DNA from: Escherichia phage RB69
DNA length: 64,000 bases
Sequence record: NC_004928.1
Strand: one strand, 5' to 3'
Every line of letters starts with the position of its first letter. Positions within the stretch are counted from its first letter, which is position 1. Made by a program: the position numbers and the translations under genes. Under the pieces are notes generated by a model. That model saw only the letters and a list, made by a program, of their open reading frames with translations. It was not told where the DNA came from and made no database searches. Shown in pieces: positions 8,939-18,661 of this stretch.

Positions 8939-9615
8939 TATCGCTGTTTTACACTTAACGGGTCAGGATTCTCAGGGACATCTTCAAGGCCAAGCGCATA
9001 ACGCTGAGCATATTTTAACATCAAAATATCTTTAGCACAATCATGAATACTATCATGGGCAACGAATCCTTTTAGCGTACCCATCGGTAATGGACACATA
9101 CTTAATCCTCGTGTCAACGAGTAAGCTTCGATTGCTGTACGAATATCGCGTTGAGCCCAGAATTTAACCGGTTCTAATTTATCGGTATCAATCTCTGGTT
9201 CAAGAACACCTTCATCACGATAGAGGTCACGAATCAAATCGACCAAGATCGGGAAGTCAAAGCTCATACCACGGCACCACATCTGTGATTTCCATTGGTC
9301 AACTTTATTAGCTCGACAATAATCTAAAAAGATTTTAATGCCTTCAAGCGTAGTGACATCGTCTTCAGACGGGGCCAAGTTTTTACGTGCTTCAGCCGAT
9401 TGTTCTTTCCACCATTTCATAGTGGATTTAGCGAAAACTCGCTTCCCTTTCTGAGAAGCTAAATTAAATTTAATTCGCTTACCTCGTTGAACAAGTTCTT
9501 CAAATGATTCAACAACTTCAGGGTCGGAATTATATGCAATAACCGCAAGGTCAATAACAGCCGCTTTTGATGTATTGCCGAATGTTTCAAAATCTATAAT
9601 AACATCAGTGCTCAT
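8938..9615 (-). CDS. dexA: exonuclease A (DnaQ-like 3-prime to 5-prime exonuclease)
   Basis: 225 aa; N-terminal IIDFETFG exonuclease motif; T4 dexA size and position. Confidence 0.8.
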   Translation of the reverse strand: MSTDVIIDFETFGNTSKAAVIDLAVIAYNSDPEVVESFEELVQRGKRIKFNLASQKGKRVFAKSTMKWWKEQSAEARKNLAPSEDDVTTLEGIKIFLDYCRANKVDQWKSQMWCRGMSFDFPILVDLIRDLYRDEGVLEPEIDTDKLEPVKFWAQRDIRTAIEAYSLTRGLSMCPLPMGTLKGFVAHDSIHDCAKDILMLKYAQRYALGLEDVPENPDPLSVKQR

Positions 9616-9624
9616 AATTTTCTC

Positions 9625-10938
9625 TCAAATAAAATGGACGTCAAAACGACCACGAGTTGTGCCGACATACAATAACTGTTTAGCTAATTCTGAATCAGCA
9701 TAATGGATACACGGTGTATAAACAAAGGCCGTGTCAACAGACATACCCTGGGCCTTATGGAAGGTTGATACTGGTAGTGCCTTCACCTTAGTGAACATAC
9801 GTTTAGCATCCCAGAATTCGCTCCATGGAGCTTTACCACCTTTATTCCAGAATTTGTATGTTTCTGCGGTCTTAGCCAAAAACAAATTGAATTTATAAAG
9901 CTCTTCTTCGGAAGAAATAACCTTTATATCCTCGCGGATGTATTCTTCATCATCCCCATATGTTTCTACTGTAAGATTCCAATATCGTATCATATACTCG
10001 CCCGAAACACCACGTGCTTTAACGAATGTAGACGTTTCTACAGCATCTCGAATACGAACGAATTGCCCGTTATTGAAAAGCATTTCGGTCATATTTTTAC
10101 CATCTAGCTTGTACGTCTTAGTAAATGGCTCTTGTAGAACAATGACTTCGTCTTTAATAAATGGTTTTTCTGTTTCAAGAAGTTTTCGGCGAATAATTGA
10201 ATTTAACTTGTCCACTGACTTATTTGTGAATGCCATCATCCGATTTTCGAAAAGGTCTTCAGGAGTTTTAACGACATTAAAATAATTCATCATATATGAT
10301 TTAAGGTCGGTATATCCATGAACACCATGCCCGTCAACTACTTTATCATAAATCCATTTGCCATTACGAATATCGGTCGCAACATCAATAATTGGTGCAT
10401 TGCTACGTTTAACTTCTGTAAGGTCGCATTGCACGAAGTCTTTGTGAGTGAAGAAAGGACTTAGATATGCAGTGGATTCGCCTGGGTCTACCGGTCGAAT
10501 CTGACATCGGTCGCCAATTCCAATTACTGTGCACCATTTAGGGATACTAGCTAACATTATTTTAAACAGAGAACGGTCGCACATTGACGCTTCATCAAAT
10601 AACAGTACACGACACAAGGCTAAGTCGGGAACCTTTTTCTGTTCAAACAATACGTTTTCTTCGTATGTAGTTGGGTTGATTTTAAGAATGCTATGAATAG
10701 TCGATGCTTCTTGACCAGCAAGTTTGCTTAGAACCTTTTTAGCGGCATGTGTTGGTGCTGCTAAAATAATACCTGATTCTCCAGAAGAAATAAGAGCTTC
10801 AACGATAAATCTAGTAAGGGTTGTTTTACCTGTACCGGCAGGCCCATTAATAGTTACGTGATGTTTCTTTTCTTTAATAGCTTTCATAACAACGTTGAAG
10901 GCGTTTTTCTGGCCTTCAGTCAAATCATCAAATGTCAT
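9625..10938 (-). CDS. dda: Dda DNA helicase (superfamily 1)
   Basis: 437 aa; Walker A GPAGTGKTT; near-colinear with the T4 Dda sequence as I recall it. Confidence 0.9.
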   Translation of the reverse strand: MTFDDLTEGQKNAFNVVMKAIKEKKHHVTINGPAGTGKTTLTRFIVEALISSGESGIILAAPTHAAKKVLSKLAGQEASTIHSILKINPTTYEENVLFEQKKVPDLALCRVLLFDEASMCDRSLFKIMLASIPKWCTVIGIGDRCQIRPVDPGESTAYLSPFFTHKDFVQCDLTEVKRSNAPIIDVATDIRNGKWIYDKVVDGHGVHGYTDLKSYMMNYFNVVKTPEDLFENRMMAFTNKSVDKLNSIIRRKLLETEKPFIKDEVIVLQEPFTKTYKLDGKNMTEMLFNNGQFVRIRDAVETSTFVKARGVSGEYMIRYWNLTVETYGDDEEYIREDIKVISSEEELYKFNLFLAKTAETYKFWNKGGKAPWSEFWDAKRMFTKVKALPVSTFHKAQGMSVDTAFVYTPCIHYADSELAKQLLYVGTTRGRFDVHFI

Positions 10939-11246
10939 CGTAAAGTCCCTGCAATTGGAATACTAACAATACGGCCTGTGTCCAGGATTCGTTGATACAA
11001 TCTTTGCGTCTCCGCATCTAGTTTAACGTGTTTCATTTCAAGCTTATTAAACCAGAACTTACGCGGAGTTTCGACCATTCTTAGAACTCCCATTTTTAAA
11101 TCTGTTTTATACTGTGTTTTCAAAGTATCGAAAACTTTATCTGCAATATCCTTTCTAAAAAATACTGCAGGACGATGCTCATCAAGAGGAACCGGGACAG
11201 TAAATCCTTCCATATCTCGATAAACTATTGCATATACATAAACCAT
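10935..11246 (-). CDS. hypothetical protein (dda.1 position)
   Basis: 103-aa ORF overlapping the dda start by 4 nt. Confidence 0.5.
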   Translation of the reverse strand: MVYVYAIVYRDMEGFTVPVPLDEHRPAVFFRKDIADKVFDTLKTQYKTDLKMGVLRMVETPRKFWFNKLEMKHVKLDAETQRLYQRILDTGRIVSIPIAGTLR

Positions 11247-11248
11247 AA

Positions 11249-11995
11249 TTAACCTTTAATCAGTTGGAATAATGATGCGCTAAGTGGTAAGCCACGTTTC
11301 AATTTTAATTTACCAATGAAACCAATCTTTTCAAAACGTTGCAGACCTTGGATAACTTTATCATATGTATCGAAAAGCGATTCAGCGTCAGTTAATTTAG
11401 TTTTAGTTTTCCAGTCAGAGCCTTTAAGAAGAACGTTGAGTTTAGTAAGTTCATGGCCTTCTGCTTGATGTGAGCCATTAATGCGTGCTTTCAAAGCAAC
11501 AATTCTAAGTTTAGATTCGTTAGATAAAGGTTGATTTTTCATCATGTTTGCCATATGCTTAACACGGTTTTCACGTTTTGCTCGGATTTTTAAAATAGTA
11601 CCATAAACCTTTTTAATTTGGGCCCATTTCTTCTCGTCGAGATTAAGTTTCTCTACTTTACGAGCAGAAGGATTAGCGATACGTCTTGCAATAGCATCAC
11701 GTTTCTCAATAAGTTCTTCTAATGTTAAATCAGAACGAGCCGTGTTATATTTTTTCTTAACTGGGATAACATTACCTTTAATGTAGCCTATATCATTATT
11801 AAAACGTTCTAAGGATAATTTCTCACCTTCAACAGAGTTATTGAAAGATTCACCTGAGTAAGCGCAGACCTTTTGATCAAGAATGTTTTTAAGGTAATTA
11901 AAGTCTAAGTTAAAATCCTTAGAGCGTCTCTTCGCAGAAGCTCTGGTGTGGTCAAGACGACGATTGATTTTGTTAATTTTATTATTTGATAACAT
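11249..11995 (-). CDS. srd: Srd-like protein (putative anti-sigma / sigma-mimic)
   Basis: 248-aa basic protein at the T4 srd position upstream of modA. Confidence 0.5.
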   Translation of the reverse strand: MLSNNKINKINRRLDHTRASAKRRSKDFNLDFNYLKNILDQKVCAYSGESFNNSVEGEKLSLERFNNDIGYIKGNVIPVKKKYNTARSDLTLEELIEKRDAIARRIANPSARKVEKLNLDEKKWAQIKKVYGTILKIRAKRENRVKHMANMMKNQPLSNESKLRIVALKARINGSHQAEGHELTKLNVLLKGSDWKTKTKLTDAESLFDTYDKVIQGLQRFEKIGFIGKLKLKRGLPLSASLFQLIKG

Positions 11996-12044
11996 AATAT
12001 TTTCCTCTGTCTTACGGACGTTAAGGTCATTTAGCTGATAAGTC

Positions 12045-12073
12045 TATAATATCATGCCCTCAGGTAGTGTACA
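12045..12073 (-). promoter_or_regulatory. early promoter (TGTACA, about 16 nt, TATTAT) upstream of srd
   Basis: minus strand GTGTACActacctgagggcatgaTATTATagac. Confidence 0.4.
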
Positions 12074-12086
12074 CTCTTTTTTCATA

Positions 12087-12115
12087 AAATGCTTTAATTT
12101 TTTATGTGTTATAAT
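12087..12115 (+). promoter_or_regulatory. plus-strand MotA-box promoter-like site (aaaTGCTTTA, 13 nt, TATAAT)
   Basis: perfect MotA box and -10 on the plus strand, pointing antisense into modA and modB. Confidence 0.35.
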
Positions 12116-12148
12116 GGTTCTGAGTTCCATCCGGTTATTCCAATTCAG

Positions 12149-12757
12149 TCAGTAACTGACAATAGACAGATTCCAGATTGTATAATGTCCATCTTGAATA
12201 ATAGAATCTACACGCAGTGTAGTCCCTATAGGGAGCATAAATTCACATTCGTCAGATATAAGTCTAGCGTTAGACCGTCTTGTCGCTTCAGGGAAAGCTC
12301 CATTGAACTCACAAGATGGCGCAGCCAGAATCATGTTAAGCATATGTTCACGGAAGTTGAAAGCAAATGGTGCATCTTTGATGCAGAACATATTAAATGT
12401 TCCGTAAAAATTATACGAAGCAAAGTTACGTGCTACACCGAACACTGGACTGAAGCTCATTACTCTGTCAAATTTAATAATACTACCAATGCCTTTATCA
12501 TCAAGTGTGGCCATAGTTTTCTTAGAGATTCCACGATACATTGTCTCAGGAACAGAAGACGACCAATTTCTACGAACAATTGCACTTAAATCTTGTTGGA
12601 TGCTATCAGGCTTGTTTTCCATACACTGCCATAGTACACTTTGTTCAATGTCACTGAATTGCTCATCGATTTTGTACTGAAGCATATCTTGATAATCCGG
12701 GCATTGAGCACGACGAACCATTTCTTCAATTTCACACTCGTTATACGGCATAAACAT
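12149..12757 (-). CDS. modA: ADP-ribosyltransferase ModA-like
   Basis: 202 aa; YRGI and SFS motifs; paralogous to the next ORF; T4 modA position. Confidence 0.6.
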   Translation of the reverse strand: MFMPYNECEIEEMVRRAQCPDYQDMLQYKIDEQFSDIEQSVLWQCMENKPDSIQQDLSAIVRRNWSSSVPETMYRGISKKTMATLDDKGIGSIIKFDRVMSFSPVFGVARNFASYNFYGTFNMFCIKDAPFAFNFREHMLNMILAAPSCEFNGAFPEATRRSNARLISDECEFMLPIGTTLRVDSIIQDGHYTIWNLSIVSY

Positions 12758-12814
12758 TTAGGTTTCTCCTATGGTTGATAAAGGTATAGTATCATCATCG
12801 GAAGAGTTTGTACA

Positions 12815-13396
12815 CTAAAAATTCAACATTTTCAAATGAATGATTTTGTATAATCTAGATAAAGGGTCATATTCTAAGTCTTCAATTTCCACAATCTCAA
12901 ATCTAGAGATACCTGAGACCATGTACTCTTGTTCAGATTCAATCATATCTAGGACATCAACACGTGTTTCTTCCATAACATGCTTAGGGTTCTTTCCGGC
13001 AAGTACAATGTTAATCATGTTTTGGTAGTAATCAAAAATGAATGGAGCATTCCTGAGACTAAGAATAGTGTACGTCTGATATTCCCATCTCCCGGAGAAT
13101 TGACGAGCTGTACTGAAATCAGTTGTGAACGATGTTACTCGTCCAGGAGACCAATGGCATCCAACAGAAAGAAGTGAAAGACGTTCTACTTCTTCTGGAG
13201 TTACACCACGGTAGAGTTCTACTGGTACTGTAGAAGTCATATGCTTACGAACAAGATGGTCTAATTCATAGTGGAAATCCGGGTCTTCCTTAGAATCGGT
13301 GCAAGCCCAGAGAATGTTTTGTTCTTGGCGGGTGAATTTGCTATCAATCAGATTTGTTAGGTATTCGCGTTCTTGAAGTTCAGATTGACATGTCAT
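12815..13396 (-). CDS. modB: ADP-ribosyltransferase ModB-like
   Basis: 193 aa; YRGV motif; paralogue of modA. Confidence 0.6.
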   Translation of the reverse strand: MTCQSELQEREYLTNLIDSKFTRQEQNILWACTDSKEDPDFHYELDHLVRKHMTSTVPVELYRGVTPEEVERLSLLSVGCHWSPGRVTSFTTDFSTARQFSGRWEYQTYTILSLRNAPFIFDYYQNMINIVLAGKNPKHVMEETRVDVLDMIESEQEYMVSGISRFEIVEIEDLEYDPLSRLYKIIHLKMLNF

Positions 13397-13423
13397 GATA
13401 GACCTCCATTTAAAGATAAGCCT

Positions 13424-13452
13424 ATCATAACATGAGAGGAGGGAATGTAAAC
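13424..13452 (-). promoter_or_regulatory. early promoter (GTTTAC, 17 nt, TATGAT) upstream of modB
   Basis: spacer cctcc is complementary to the downstream GGAGG site. Confidence 0.5.
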
Positions 13453-13612
13453 TACTTTTTAAGCTTTCCTACTAAAGGTCCATCAGGACCGGGTTGTTCT
13501 AACATGAATAAGGACGCTTTAAAAAGCAATGTCAACCCTTTCACCATTCGATACCATGTCTCAAAGTCTTTTTCCTTGATTTCCAGTAAGAATTTCTCTT
13601 TCAATTTCTCTT

Positions 13613-13801
13613 TCATTTCCAAGGACTCCATGGTGGAGGGTCGTCATAATAAGAGGCAAGGTCTTTCAGGGCTTCGACAGGCAAACTAAAGCCGTGTCGT
13701 TGTATAATACTATCTAGTTCATCAACAAGTTCACTACGATGCACTTTAGGAGCCTCAACTTCAGGCTCGTCAAACATACTCATAAGGTCCATATTATTCA
13801 C
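13613..13801 (-). CDS. hypothetical small protein
   Basis: 62-aa ORF. Confidence 0.35.
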   Translation of the reverse strand: MNNMDLMSMFDEPEVEAPKVHRSELVDELDSIIQRHGFSLPVEALKDLASYYDDPPPWSPWK

Positions 13802-13979
13802 CTAAATAAAAACTAGGCTGCTCGGAGAATGTTTCTAGCGCTACACCTTTTGTCTTAAAAAATTTCCAAATAGCTCGTTGCAAATGGATTAAATCTGCTA
13901 ATGATGTAATAAAGTATTTTTTGGCAAAATACTTATGGTCTCGCTTTTCAAACAAATCTAAACGCTTTTCTGGATTCAC
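13794..13979 (-). CDS. hypothetical small protein
   Basis: 61-aa ORF. Confidence 0.35.
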   Translation of the reverse strand: MNPEKRLDLFEKRDHKYFAKKYFITSLADLIHLQRAIWKFFKTKGVALETFSEQPSFYLGE

Positions 13980-14049
13980 ATAAACGGCATTTTCCGTAGA
14001 TTCATAACCTAAGTCCTTTATGCCTTCTTCAAGACTAAACGGAGAATTT

Positions 14050-14259
14050 TTAGAATGAGTAATAGCTCCAACTCGCTCTACACGAATTTTTGTAACCTTT
14101 AGGAATCTGCAATTTGCAGAATTCTTCTACGATATATTGCGGATTATTTAGACTTTTGTTAATGAGAATAGCTATTTCTAGTGGAGTCTTATCTTCCACT
14201 GGTATATGTTTAAATGACTTGGCTTCAAGCAAATACATTTTAAATAACATAGCATCCAT
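14050..14259 (-). CDS. hypothetical small protein
   Basis: 69-aa ORF. Confidence 0.35.
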   Translation of the reverse strand: MDAMLFKMYLLEAKSFKHIPVEDKTPLEIAILINKSLNNPQYIVEEFCKLQIPKGYKNSCRASWSYYSF

Positions 14260-14434
14260 TATAATTTCCTCGATGGTTCACCCATATAAAGTTTTACAAT
14301 ACGTTCGCCTTCATCTTCGACGAGCTTTTCTTCATGTTTCTGGAGTTCTTTGACCATTTTCTCTTCAAAAACATCTAACCAATCTTCTGGTCCGACTCCA
14401 TCATTCAAGCTTTTAAACCATTTTACTACTCTGT

Positions 14435-14683
14435 TCATTCACAGCTCCCTGAGCTTGAACCACAATCAGAATAACTTGACCCAGAATCACCGGACCAAGA
14501 CGATACGTAAGAATGATTATAACTTGAAGAGCTTGAAGCATTCGCCTGGTTTGTTTTTAGACGAACAACTTCTTCCATCATTCCATCACCAATATATTCC
14601 CAACTTTTTTGATGTGTATCAGGAATACGAATCATCCCTTCGCCGGGTTTAACAACAAACAACTTGTTGAGCATCGGAAGCAT
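14435..14683 (-). CDS. hypothetical small protein, Ser/Gly-rich C-terminus
   Basis: 82-aa ORF. Confidence 0.4.
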   Translation of the reverse strand: MLPMLNKLFVVKPGEGMIRIPDTHQKSWEYIGDGMMEEVVRLKTNQANASSSSSYNHSYVSSWSGDSGSSYSDCGSSSGSCE

Positions 14684-14716
14684 TAATTGTTGCGTCGAAC
14701 AAAACGAACACCACCA

Positions 14717-14878
14717 TCATCCCCAACGGATTTGGGCATTAAATTTGACGTCTTCACCATCCATCATGAATGAGTGTACGAGTACGTCATCATAATATCC
14801 AAGACCGTATTTCAACGAAACTTCTTGAGCAATCAAAGCACCTAATGTGTTATTAGGTTTAATCCAACGATTTAACAT
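14717..14878 (-). CDS. hypothetical small protein
   Basis: 53-aa ORF translated by hand (MLNRWIKPNNTLGALIAQEV...), preceded by AGAGGAG. Confidence 0.35.
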   Translation of the reverse strand: MLNRWIKPNNTLGALIAQEVSLKYGLGYYDDVLVHSFMMDGEDVKFNAQIRWG

Positions 14879-14943
14879 ATTGTTCTCCTCTTGAGTAAGT
14901 AAGAATATCTTAACATAGTTTTTAGTGGTTGTAAACTCTAGAA

Positions 14944-14972
14944 ACGAAAAAAGGAATCCCGAAGGATTCCTT
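14944..14972 (-). terminator. Intrinsic terminator with UUCG tetraloop downstream of soc
   Basis: aaggaatcc-cgaa-ggattcctt followed by UUUUUUCG on the minus-strand RNA. Confidence 0.6.
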
Positions 14973-14979
14973 AAATTAT

Positions 14980-15216
14980 TTAACCACTTACTGGTGTAGG
15001 GGTAAACATTGCAGCGTTCTTAGTACGCCAATCTGCTGCGTCAGTCACCACAGTAGTGTAAGCAGCTTTTTCAGATGGGAAAGTCTGATAATGAGCATCA
15101 GCAATCCGATGTTCGTTTGAATAAATCTCAAACGGTACAGAAACTTCCATACCTTTAACTTCTTTACCTTCACCAGCAGGATGCGTAAAGGTTTTGATGT
15201 TTACATAACCACCCAT
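14980..15216 (-). CDS. soc: small outer capsid protein Soc
   Basis: 78 aa; GYVNIKTF and AHYQTFPSEKAAY match T4 Soc. Confidence 0.85.
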   Translation of the reverse strand: MGGYVNIKTFTHPAGEGKEVKGMEVSVPFEIYSNEHRIADAHYQTFPSEKAAYTTVVTDAADWRTKNAAMFTPTPVSG

Positions 15217-15247
15217 AATTAACTCCTTTGTTGTTTAATTACAGGTG

Positions 15248-15255
15248 TATTTATA
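15248..15255 (-). promoter_or_regulatory. T4 late promoter TATAAATA upstream of soc
   Basis: exact TATAAATA on the minus strand about 30 nt upstream of the soc ATG. Confidence 0.6.
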
Positions 15256-15450
15256 TCAATAATCGTCGTAGAAATCACTCAAAACATCGTATAGCTCTTT
15301 CTCATTATTGCAGATTAGCGACTTAATTGCGTCAGGGTGAGACTCCAGTGCACAAAGCTATATTGGCCGCGTGATGAGAATGTTTCTCAGATTCATATCA
15401 TCATTAGGGATGGCAATAACCAATCGGGTCTTTCTCGTAAAGGTCGTTCA

Positions 15451-15972
15451 TTAGTAACCTCGGTCTTGGCGAGCGAAGTTTTCAGCATTCTTCAGGTAAT
15501 ACAGTTTGAAGATTTCTTCAGCAGTGAGTCCAAGACCCTGGAACATATTCAGAACAAAGTGCAGAATATCAATCATTTCGAATTTAATTTCGAGCTGGTC
15601 TTCAGGAGACAGTTCATCGATACGACGATTTCGATATTCAGCATGTTGTGCCTTCCACGGCTTCCACACAGAAGAGGCAGCTTTCTCGCCGTTGCTCATA
15701 CCGCCAAGTGAAGTCAGCAGTTCACGAAATTCATCATCAATATAATCTTTCTGATTACGCAACCAATCAACAACATCGCCAGCAGTAGCCAATTCATCAG
15801 GATGTTTGTTATGTTCAGGCTTGTCATTTGCTAAGCGAACCTGTAAAGATTTCTGCATATCAAGCATTACCTGCAGTGGGTCTTTATCTTCGTGAATCAG
15901 AGCATTAAAATAAGCTTCTTCTGCTTTATCAACACCAGAAATAAGTTGTGAACATTCGTTAAAGTGTGCCAT
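15451..15972 (-). CDS. 56: dCTP pyrophosphatase gp56 (MazG-like)
   Basis: ORF track extends to 15987 from a TTG; the ATG start at MAHFNEC matches the T4 gp56 N-terminus. Confidence 0.85.
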   Translation of the reverse strand: MAHFNECSQLISGVDKAEEAYFNALIHEDKDPLQVMLDMQKSLQVRLANDKPEHNKHPDELATAGDVVDWLRNQKDYIDDEFRELLTSLGGMSNGEKAASSVWKPWKAQHAEYRNRRIDELSPEDQLEIKFEMIDILHFVLNMFQGLGLTAEEIFKLYYLKNAENFARQDRGY

Positions 15973-16060
15973 TATTTTTCCTTTCAATTCAGTATAAGAG
16001 AGTTAATTCTAACATTAATTTTATAAAGCGTAATAAATAATAGGTAACTAAGGAGATATT

Positions 16061-16258
16061 ATGTTTAAACTTCCATCGTTAATCAACGCTATTAAAGGCA
16101 ATAAAAAGAAAACTGCTATCGCTGCAATAGTTGTAGGTGGTATTATTTCATGGAACTTCGGGATTGCACCATTGTTAGTTGCCCATGGTATTATAGTTCC
16201 TTCTGTTCCATTGGATACTGTTGTTGACCTAGCTTTTGCTGTTATAGGGCTTGTTTAA
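16061..16258 (+). CDS. small hydrophobic membrane protein, the only convincing plus-strand gene
   Basis: 65 aa; strong AAGGAG site 7 nt upstream; convergent with gene 61. Confidence 0.45.
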   Translation: MFKLPSLINAIKGNKKKTAIAAIVVGGIISWNFGIAPLLVAHGIIVPSVPLDTVVDLAFAVIGLV

Positions 16259-17277
16259 ATCTTCGAATAACGAGATAATCTCATTTTAGCATGCAACCCA
16301 CTTGAAATATTCTGTTTCATATATTCTAAAATTTCTTGTGGTGTTGCATTTTCTTTCATTACCATATCATTCACATCCTTTGAACTCCATGGAGCTCGGT
16401 CCCAGAACATGACACGTTCGCCTGCATCAACTAATCGCTTCATGCGAGCTATAGTATCCGGATGCCTAGGTTCATTATCCATTACCCATACCCGACGTTC
16501 TTTAAATGGTACCACATCTAAATCTATCGAGCCGCCTGTAATAGCGATTGCATTAGGTATGAATAAACTATCAATAGGGCCTTCCATTACCCAGACGTCT
16601 CCTTCCTTAACACGTTCAACACCATAAATTTTTGTTGCAGACTCAAACGCTTTAATAGTGATATATTTCTGAGGAGCATCTTTACGAAGTGCACGTCCTT
16701 GGAATGACTCGGCCTTCCCGTCTTTATTAAAAATAGGAATCACTAAACGTGGTTCGGGAATCTCTTTCTTATACGTACCAGGTTGAATCTTGTTGACCAA
16801 TTTGGGCCATTCTAATGTGAACCATAATCTGTTCCATGATTCTTTAGGAATACACCGAGACTTAACATATTTCACAATAGGATGCTCTTCAGGCAACTTG
16901 TCCAGACGAGAACAAGACGGCAAAGAATTTATAGTCTTTTTCTCTGGCTCTGGCTTAGCTTCAGGAACCTTTTCAATCTTTGGTTCCATTCTAGCTTTTT
17001 CTTTACGAACTTCCATTAGATATTCGCGATAAAGCTCTTCATCATACTCCTTTAAGTATCCGGAAATTGTATTGTGGTATTGACAGTTATAGCAATGTAC
17101 ATTACCAGGAGTACCGCCATAATACCAACCGCGAGCTTTCATTGCATCTGTCTGGGAGTCGCCACAAACTGGACAACGAAACGTTAATTTAAATGTGCTT
17201 GAATTATTGATTTGTCTAAAACGAGGGAGGTGAGAAAACGCACGATAAGCAAATTCATTATCTATCCATTCAGCCAT
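16255..17277 (-). CDS. 61: DNA primase gp61
   Basis: 340 aa; zinc ribbon CPVCGD...CYNC; matches T4 gp61. Confidence 0.9.
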   Translation of the reverse strand: MAEWIDNEFAYRAFSHLPRFRQINNSSTFKLTFRCPVCGDSQTDAMKARGWYYGGTPGNVHCYNCQYHNTISGYLKEYDEELYREYLMEVRKEKARMEPKIEKVPEAKPEPEKKTINSLPSCSRLDKLPEEHPIVKYVKSRCIPKESWNRLWFTLEWPKLVNKIQPGTYKKEIPEPRLVIPIFNKDGKAESFQGRALRKDAPQKYITIKAFESATKIYGVERVKEGDVWVMEGPIDSLFIPNAIAITGGSIDLDVVPFKERRVWVMDNEPRHPDTIARMKRLVDAGERVMFWDRAPWSSKDVNDMVMKENATPQEILEYMKQNISSGLHAKMRLSRYSKI

Positions 17278-17316
17278 AGTATTCTCCAGAGGCCTTATTA
17301 ATTTAAGGCCATCATA

Positions 17317-17595
17317 TCACAACTTATTAATATTTACTTTAATTCGCTTTCTTTTCTTGGAAGGAATTTGTTCTGGACCTTTATTTACGACTGCACCTGT
17401 AGTTGTTCCTGATGCAATAGCTTGAGGACTGCCGCCTGAATCACCAGCAACCATATCCTCAAATAAAGGGAGTTCTTTAAATATTTCTTTCTGTTGTTCT
17501 TCTGTAATGTTATAGCGTGAAGCTACAGCACTCCAGGCGGACATCATTGAGGCCATTCCATTAAGACCTGGAACAGTGCTCATCATTCGCTTCAT
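17317..17595 (-). CDS. hypothetical protein
   Basis: 92-aa ORF. Confidence 0.4.
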   Translation of the reverse strand: MKRMMSTVPGLNGMASMMSAWSAVASRYNITEEQQKEIFKELPLFEDMVAGDSGGSPQAIASGTTTGAVVNKGPEQIPSKKRKRIKVNINKL

Positions 17596-17810
17596 TGAAC
17601 GAACTGAAGCATGAAAAGGTGTATAAGCCGCTTCTCTTCAGGAGTGGAAGGACGTTTAAGAACACTTCCACGTTCATCGATGATTTTGGCTTCGTATGCT
17701 TTCCATTCGGTAAAAGGTTTTTGCATTAGTCGAATAAACTTATATGCATAAACAGAATCTATTGCAGTGTTAATAATACCCATAGGTACCTCCTGAGTAT
17801 ATTTAATCAA
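17592..17810 (-). CDS. hypothetical protein
   Basis: 72-aa ORF. Confidence 0.4.
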   Translation of the reverse strand: MIKYTQEVPMGIINTAIDSVYAYKFIRLMQKPFTEWKAYEAKIIDERGSVLKRPSTPEEKRLIHLFMLQFVQ

Positions 17811-18000
17811 TTACAAAGATTGCTTTGTCACCATTTATATCTGTGACTTCATATGTGGTGCCTTCATACTGTGGAATATTCCAAATTACACCGTCATTAG
17901 CTTTTACGCTAATATGGCATTGGTGTTTTGAAACAACTTCATAATCTTCAAAACTTGTAAAAACACTAATTTTAGAACCAGTGCAAATTGCAGTAGTCAT
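17803..18000 (-). CDS. hypothetical protein
   Basis: 65-aa ORF. Confidence 0.4.
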   Translation of the reverse strand: MTTAICTGSKISVFTSFEDYEVVSKHQCHISVKANDGVIWNIPQYEGTTYEVTDINGDKAIFVID

Positions 18001-18001
18001 T

Positions 18002-18661
18002 TTAACCTCGATTCATAAATGCATTAAATATTTGGTCATCAACAGAAATTTCTAATTCGACTTCAATTGCTTCAGCCTTTTCTTCAGGTGGTAATTCGTA
18101 TCCACACACTACAATTTTTTCATCGATATCAAAATATACAGAAGCAATACGATTAATGTTATTTTCAGTTAAGTCCAAATCAACATCAACATCTTTTTGG
18201 CTTACACTTAGAGGATAACTAATACGGGTTATTTTATTATCTTTAACAAAGAGTCCACCAACATACTCTGTACTACGTTTGAAGTTTACACGTTTCCGAA
18301 TTGAAAGATATGATGCATCTTTACCGTGAGCTCGGCTCATAGGACATAATGAATAGCTAGAATAAGAGATGTCAAATCCTACACCTTCAATATGAGCCAA
18401 CGTGTCATGATTAAACCAATTATAATCATATGCCAAATCCATTATATTGTAATATGTGAAAGGCACAGGATTAACATCATATGTTGTACCTTTAAAATCT
18501 GCCCAGGCAACGATTTCGTTATCTTTAACAATTACAAAAATTACACCGATATGGTATCCGTTATTATTTTCATTCGGCGTTATATTATAACATTGTGCAT
18601 TAGGAAATTTACCATATTTAAATGGCGCGTTTTTGTGCATGTAATAAATCATATTATTCAC
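18002..18661 (-). CDS. hypothetical protein
   Basis: 219-aa ORF. Confidence 0.5.
   Translation of the reverse strand: MNNMIYYMHKNAPFKYGKFPNAQCYNITPNENNNGYHIGVIFVIVKDNEIVAWADFKGTTYDVNPVPFTYYNIMDLAYDYNWFNHDTLAHIEGVGFDISYSSYSLCPMSRAHGKDASYLSIRKRVNFKRSTEYVGGLFVKDNKITRISYPLSVSQKDVDVDLDLTENNINRIASVYFDIDEKIVVCGYELPPEEKAEAIEVELEISVDDQIFNAFMNRG

Noticed and set aside
12104-12589. 161-aa plus-strand ORF
   Set aside because: Lies entirely antisense within modA; Cys- and Arg-rich low-complexity translation typical of an antisense frame; no ribosome-binding site.
13432-13689. 85-aa plus-strand ORF
   Set aside because: Begins inside the modB promoter cassette and runs antisense through a minus-strand small gene; no ribosome-binding site.
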